Below, in pieces: positions 60,120 to 64,000 of a stretch of DNA of 64,000 bases. Every line of letters begins with the position of its first letter. Position 1 is the stretch's first letter. Position numbers and translations under genes: made by a program. The notes below the pieces were generated by a model. It did no database searches, was not told the origin of the DNA, and was given only the letters and a program-made list of their open reading frames with translations. This DNA is from Vicugna vicugna (taxonomy: Eukaryota): the NCBI GenBank assembly GCA_013265495.1, contig MU061538.1, forward strand, positions 1 to 64,000. Reading direction: 5' to 3'.

Positions 60120-63100
60120 GTAAGTACTCCGTCCCGCGCTGTAGTTCGCCTGTTGGTGGTGCGGGGTGCCTTCTGGGTGTCGTGAATACCCAAGGGCATC
60201 CGTGGGCCTTCTCCGCAGGCCCTCGGGGCGGTGGTCGCGGCGCATCTGCGGCTTCGGCCCGGACGAGCTGTGGGAGGACCGGTGAGGCTGGACAGGGCCT
60301 TTCCGTTTGCTGTCGGGTGTTTTCAGGTTTTGGTGTTCTGGGAAAGTAGTAGGCTGTTAATTCCTGTAAGTGAACTGTTACATTTTGTTTGTATTTATTT
60401 TCCCAGAAAAATAAGGCAAACTTTAAAAAGTTTTCAAACTGTATGTTTCAAAACTGTCCCTTTCTGGGTTCTTTTCAAGCTGTGCTACCTCCTCTGCCCT
60501 GGTGCCTTGATCCACTCCTTGGAAGGGTGGCAGCCAGGCCTGGACCAGGGAGCGCACAGGGGCTCCAGGAGCCGGGTTGTGGGGCAGAACTGAGTTCCTG
60601 CATCAGGTCACTGAGAGTCCCTTTGTCATCTGTGCAGTCTGGTGTCTGGAGCACAAGGAGACGTCCCATGATGAGTCTGTGAAGCTGTCAGGCACACGCC
60701 CTGCTGTGTCCCCGCCCCCACGTCCCAGGGTGGAGGGCGCCTGTGACAGCCCTGCTAGTCCCACCCCAGGCTGGAAGCTCTGAGCTGCAGCCTCAAAGCC
60801 TGCTTTTGCTGGCTTCACTATTGTAATTGAAGGTTAAAATGCATTAAATATTGGTTTAAGTTTCATGTGTTCCCAGTGGACACTTGGCTAATCTCTGAAT
60901 TTTTTTCCTCTAAAAAAGCTTAGAAATTAAATTTGAAAGTCTTGGTTTCGGTCTGTTTTTTCTAATCTTAACGTATTTGTTTATGTCCCTGAAATGACCA
61001 TTAGGAAGAATTTTATTTTGTTTCATTATCAAGGAAAAATTAAGACTTTACTAAATTGAGACATAGTCTTAATAAAAGTTTCTTTTAGGTACTGCGGTTT
61101 ATTGGATGTAGAAAAGTACTGTTATCTTTAAAAGATCTTTGGAAAGAAGGGACAACTTTTTTAAAGTGTTGTTAAAGTGTCAGTAGGGATCCTTGGTTGC
61201 AACAACAGTTGCAATTCCCAGGGTCTTAATTAAGTGAGTAAATAAATACTGTTTTTTAAAGCCAGTGTATTCATTCACCCAACAAATGGGTACTGAGTGC
61301 CTGCCAGGAGCCGGCGGCCGTGCTGAGTGCCGGGTGCAGCTGTGGATGGGCGGCCAGATGCCTGTCCTCTGGAGCCCACGTTCCTGGCTCAGTCCCCAAG
61401 AAGCCTGGGGCCTCGTTTGGGTGACCTCAGCTGCAGCCAGGTGCTGGTGTCCAGGTGGTGCCGTGGGCTCTCTGTCCAGTGCCCAGCTCTGTGTTTCCAC
61501 TGGGGGCCATTTCCAACCAGGCACTTGCTATGAAGGAGCAGCTTCCAGCTCCTGCGCTGCCGGCGGGGCAACCTCAGGGGACGGAGCCCCTTCCCACTAG
61601 CTCGGGCCAAGGCTCCAGGGCTGACTTCTGTTTCTCCGCCCTTCCTTGGACAGATTCCCAGGATTTTGAAGGTCAGGTCTGGGTCTTGTGCCCACCCAGA
61701 GGGGAGTCAGAGAAGTGCTTGAAAAAGCTCCAGTGCAGGGATGGGGTCCCTGAAGAAAGAACTGTCATCAGAAGATCAGAAGCAGGGGAAAGGTTCTTGT
61801 CCCACCTGGGGTATCAAAACACCCGAAAACCAAAACCGAAAAAAAAAAAAAAAGGTAGCAGCAGCAGGGGAAAGGGAGCAGGTCCTGCTGTCACTCAGGG
61901 CAGAGGGGTGTGCACTGGCCTCCCCTCTCAGCGTTGCGTGGAGGGAAGCCTGGGGTCCGTCAGGCACCCGCTCTGCAGACAGCGTCAGGTCAGTGCCTGT
62001 GGAGAGCCAAGGGCAGGTGAGCCCCGGGCCGCTGCTTTGGGGCTCAGACCCCGTCCTTCCGTTAAGCAGGGCACACTCACGCATGTGTGCGCCTGGAGAT
62101 GCAGACACTTGTACAGCTCCGTTCCACTTTGTGATTTTGTATGTAGACAGGCTCTTTTTATGCAGTAATAGCTTCTCACTATTGTTTTGTACATAGATTT
62201 TTATATACACAATACATATATAAACCATTCTTACATAAGCAATATATAGGATTACATATATCACTAAAAATATTCATGTGAAATAAACACACCATTCAAA
62301 AATGAGGCTATAAAGGGATATATTAAAGTATCCTTTTTAAATTATACATATTTATATGTGATTTTTAAGTATATAATTTTGTATTTTTATGTAATAAAAT
62401 GTATACACACATATTTAACATAAAACTTGGGCTACTATTTCTGACTCAGAGACTTTCTCAAGTAACTCATAGCTGTGGCAAGCCTTGTCACAAAATTACA
62501 CATTCCGTAACTTTGAACATAACTTAATGAGGTCATGCCGCAGGCTTTACAAAATGAACATTCTACACGCTGCTTGCACTGATGATGAAGCAGAGCTCAG
62601 GGTGTTATAAAGTGGCAATGACGCCTGAGTCACTTCACTTCACCATAAATTTTAGCTGTCCTGCTGTTTTAGGGGGCAGAGTCCTGACCTGAGTGTCAAG
62701 GGGTGTAAGAGGAGTGAGACTGGGGCCGGAAGTCGCCGTCAGGTGATGAGCAGGACGGTTGGAAGGACTGGGAGGGCTGGCGGGAGGCTTGGCCACAGGA
62801 GGCTGCTCCTGGGTGATGGGACAGCACTGCTCCGGGCACTGGGCAGCCCTCTGCCGGGTGTAGGCATTGTGGGGGCGGCGGTTGACTCATCACCACAGCA
62901 GCTAAGGGATTCTTGAAACATTACATCACCAATGAGGGGTTTTGTGTTTCAACAGACTTTTCAGTGTAAATAAAACCAGTATTTTGGAGGAAAACACCTG
63001 TAGTAAGAGTAGGTAAAGCTTCAAAGGACCACCTCCACCTCTGCTCGGTGAGCACGTATCCAGGGTCCTCCAGCTTAACCCTCTCCGTCCCTTTGGGGCG

Positions 63101-63956
63101 TTAACCCTGCTTAACTGACATCTTCACCCCAGAGCGGTGCTGTCTGGGGTGTGGCTTGATTTTCCCTCATTGGACCGAAAGTCCCGAGTTGAGGCCCTCA
63201 ACTTGCAGCCTGGCTCGGGCATTGCTCCCCAATGACTGTAGGAAGTACTGGTGAGAAGAAGGGTTCTTTCAAGGCTCTGCAGTTCTGATTCAAGGTGTTC
63301 TTCAGTAGCAAGGAAACCTCATTCGTGTGTGCTCTCAGAACTGTTGTCACACACGTTGCTTAATTCTCACACTGACCCCAAAGAAGAGACAACAGATGAG
63401 TTAGGTGTATGTTTCTTTAGCCTCCACGGTCTTCTTCATGCTACTGAGTTCTTTGTGCTGGGTGTGTAGTATTTCAAAGCAATTGCAGGGTTTAGTACCC
63501 AAATAAAGTGTGAGGAGGGAATGAACTGTACATTTTTTTGCTTCGTTGGGAGCTCTGCACACATAACCAGAGAGAGAAATCTAATGTAACGAATGTGGGC
63601 TGAGCGAGTGGATGCTCATTTTGGTATTCTCTCCACTTTTATGGGTGTTTGAAATATTTATGTTAACGAAGTGTGTCTTAGTTATTCAGTATTAAATCAG
63701 TATAAAGTTACGTCAAGTGTATGAGGTGTTATTTGGGACACTGTGAAATGTAGCCAGAATGTGACCTCGTGTCCTCAAAGTAATCCGAGGTAAGTCACTG
63801 TGGCAGCATCGCATCTGCATTGCGGAGCGCCTGCTTCTGAAGGAATCAGACAGCTTTGGCCATGTAACTCGGACGTTGTCTTGTTCGTGCTGAGTTCGCT
63901 GTTGGAGGTGAAACTAGCCGTGAAGTGTCTGATGGTTTATTCTCATTCCCCCACAG

Positions 63957-64000
63957 TGGCTTGTCAGACACTATCATTCTGGACGTCATATCGAACTACC
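63957..64000 (+). CDS. ESYT2: ESYT2 exon 8, partial (N-GLSDTIILDVISNY...), runs off the window
   Basis: ttctcattcccccacag|T GGC TTG TCA GAC...; continues the phase-2 junction from exon 7. Confidence 0.95.

Noticed and set aside
62180..62430. Very AT-rich TA-like tract
   Set aside because: Low-complexity sequence with no discernible structure.

Overview
Mammalian nuclear genomic DNA with one assembly gap (N 3225-4056). No Alu, B1, Bov-A/BovB, PRE-1 or SINEC elements were recognised, and the L1 3' ends resemble camelid L1 as I recall them, so a camelid or other laurasiatherian source is plausible but unverified. The window holds the 5' ends of two divergent genes, each with its own CpG island. 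DYNC2I1/WDR60 (dynein-2 intermediate chain) is on the minus strand: coding exons 1, 3 and 4 are visible and exon 2 is probably in the gap. ESYT2 (extended synaptotagmin-2) is on the plus strand: exons 1-8, with exon 8 cut by the window edge; all junctions are GT-AG and in phase. The rest is intronic or intergenic with L1, ERV/MaLR LTR, MIR and DNA-transposon remnants. Most notable: (1) an in-frame TGA inside DYNC2I1 exon 3; (2) a 93-94 bp DYNC2I1 promoter module (GC box, RFX X-box half-site, NRF1-like site) in ~2.5 tandem copies; (3) a candidate 24-nt ESYT2 microexon reading TAA-ATG that would separate the ER anchor from the SMP/C2 part; (4) two LTRs 35 kb apart with an apparent gene-conversion tract. 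I found no evidence for a wholly new multi-gene system. Comparisons with human proteins and repeat consensus sequences are from memory, not database searches.
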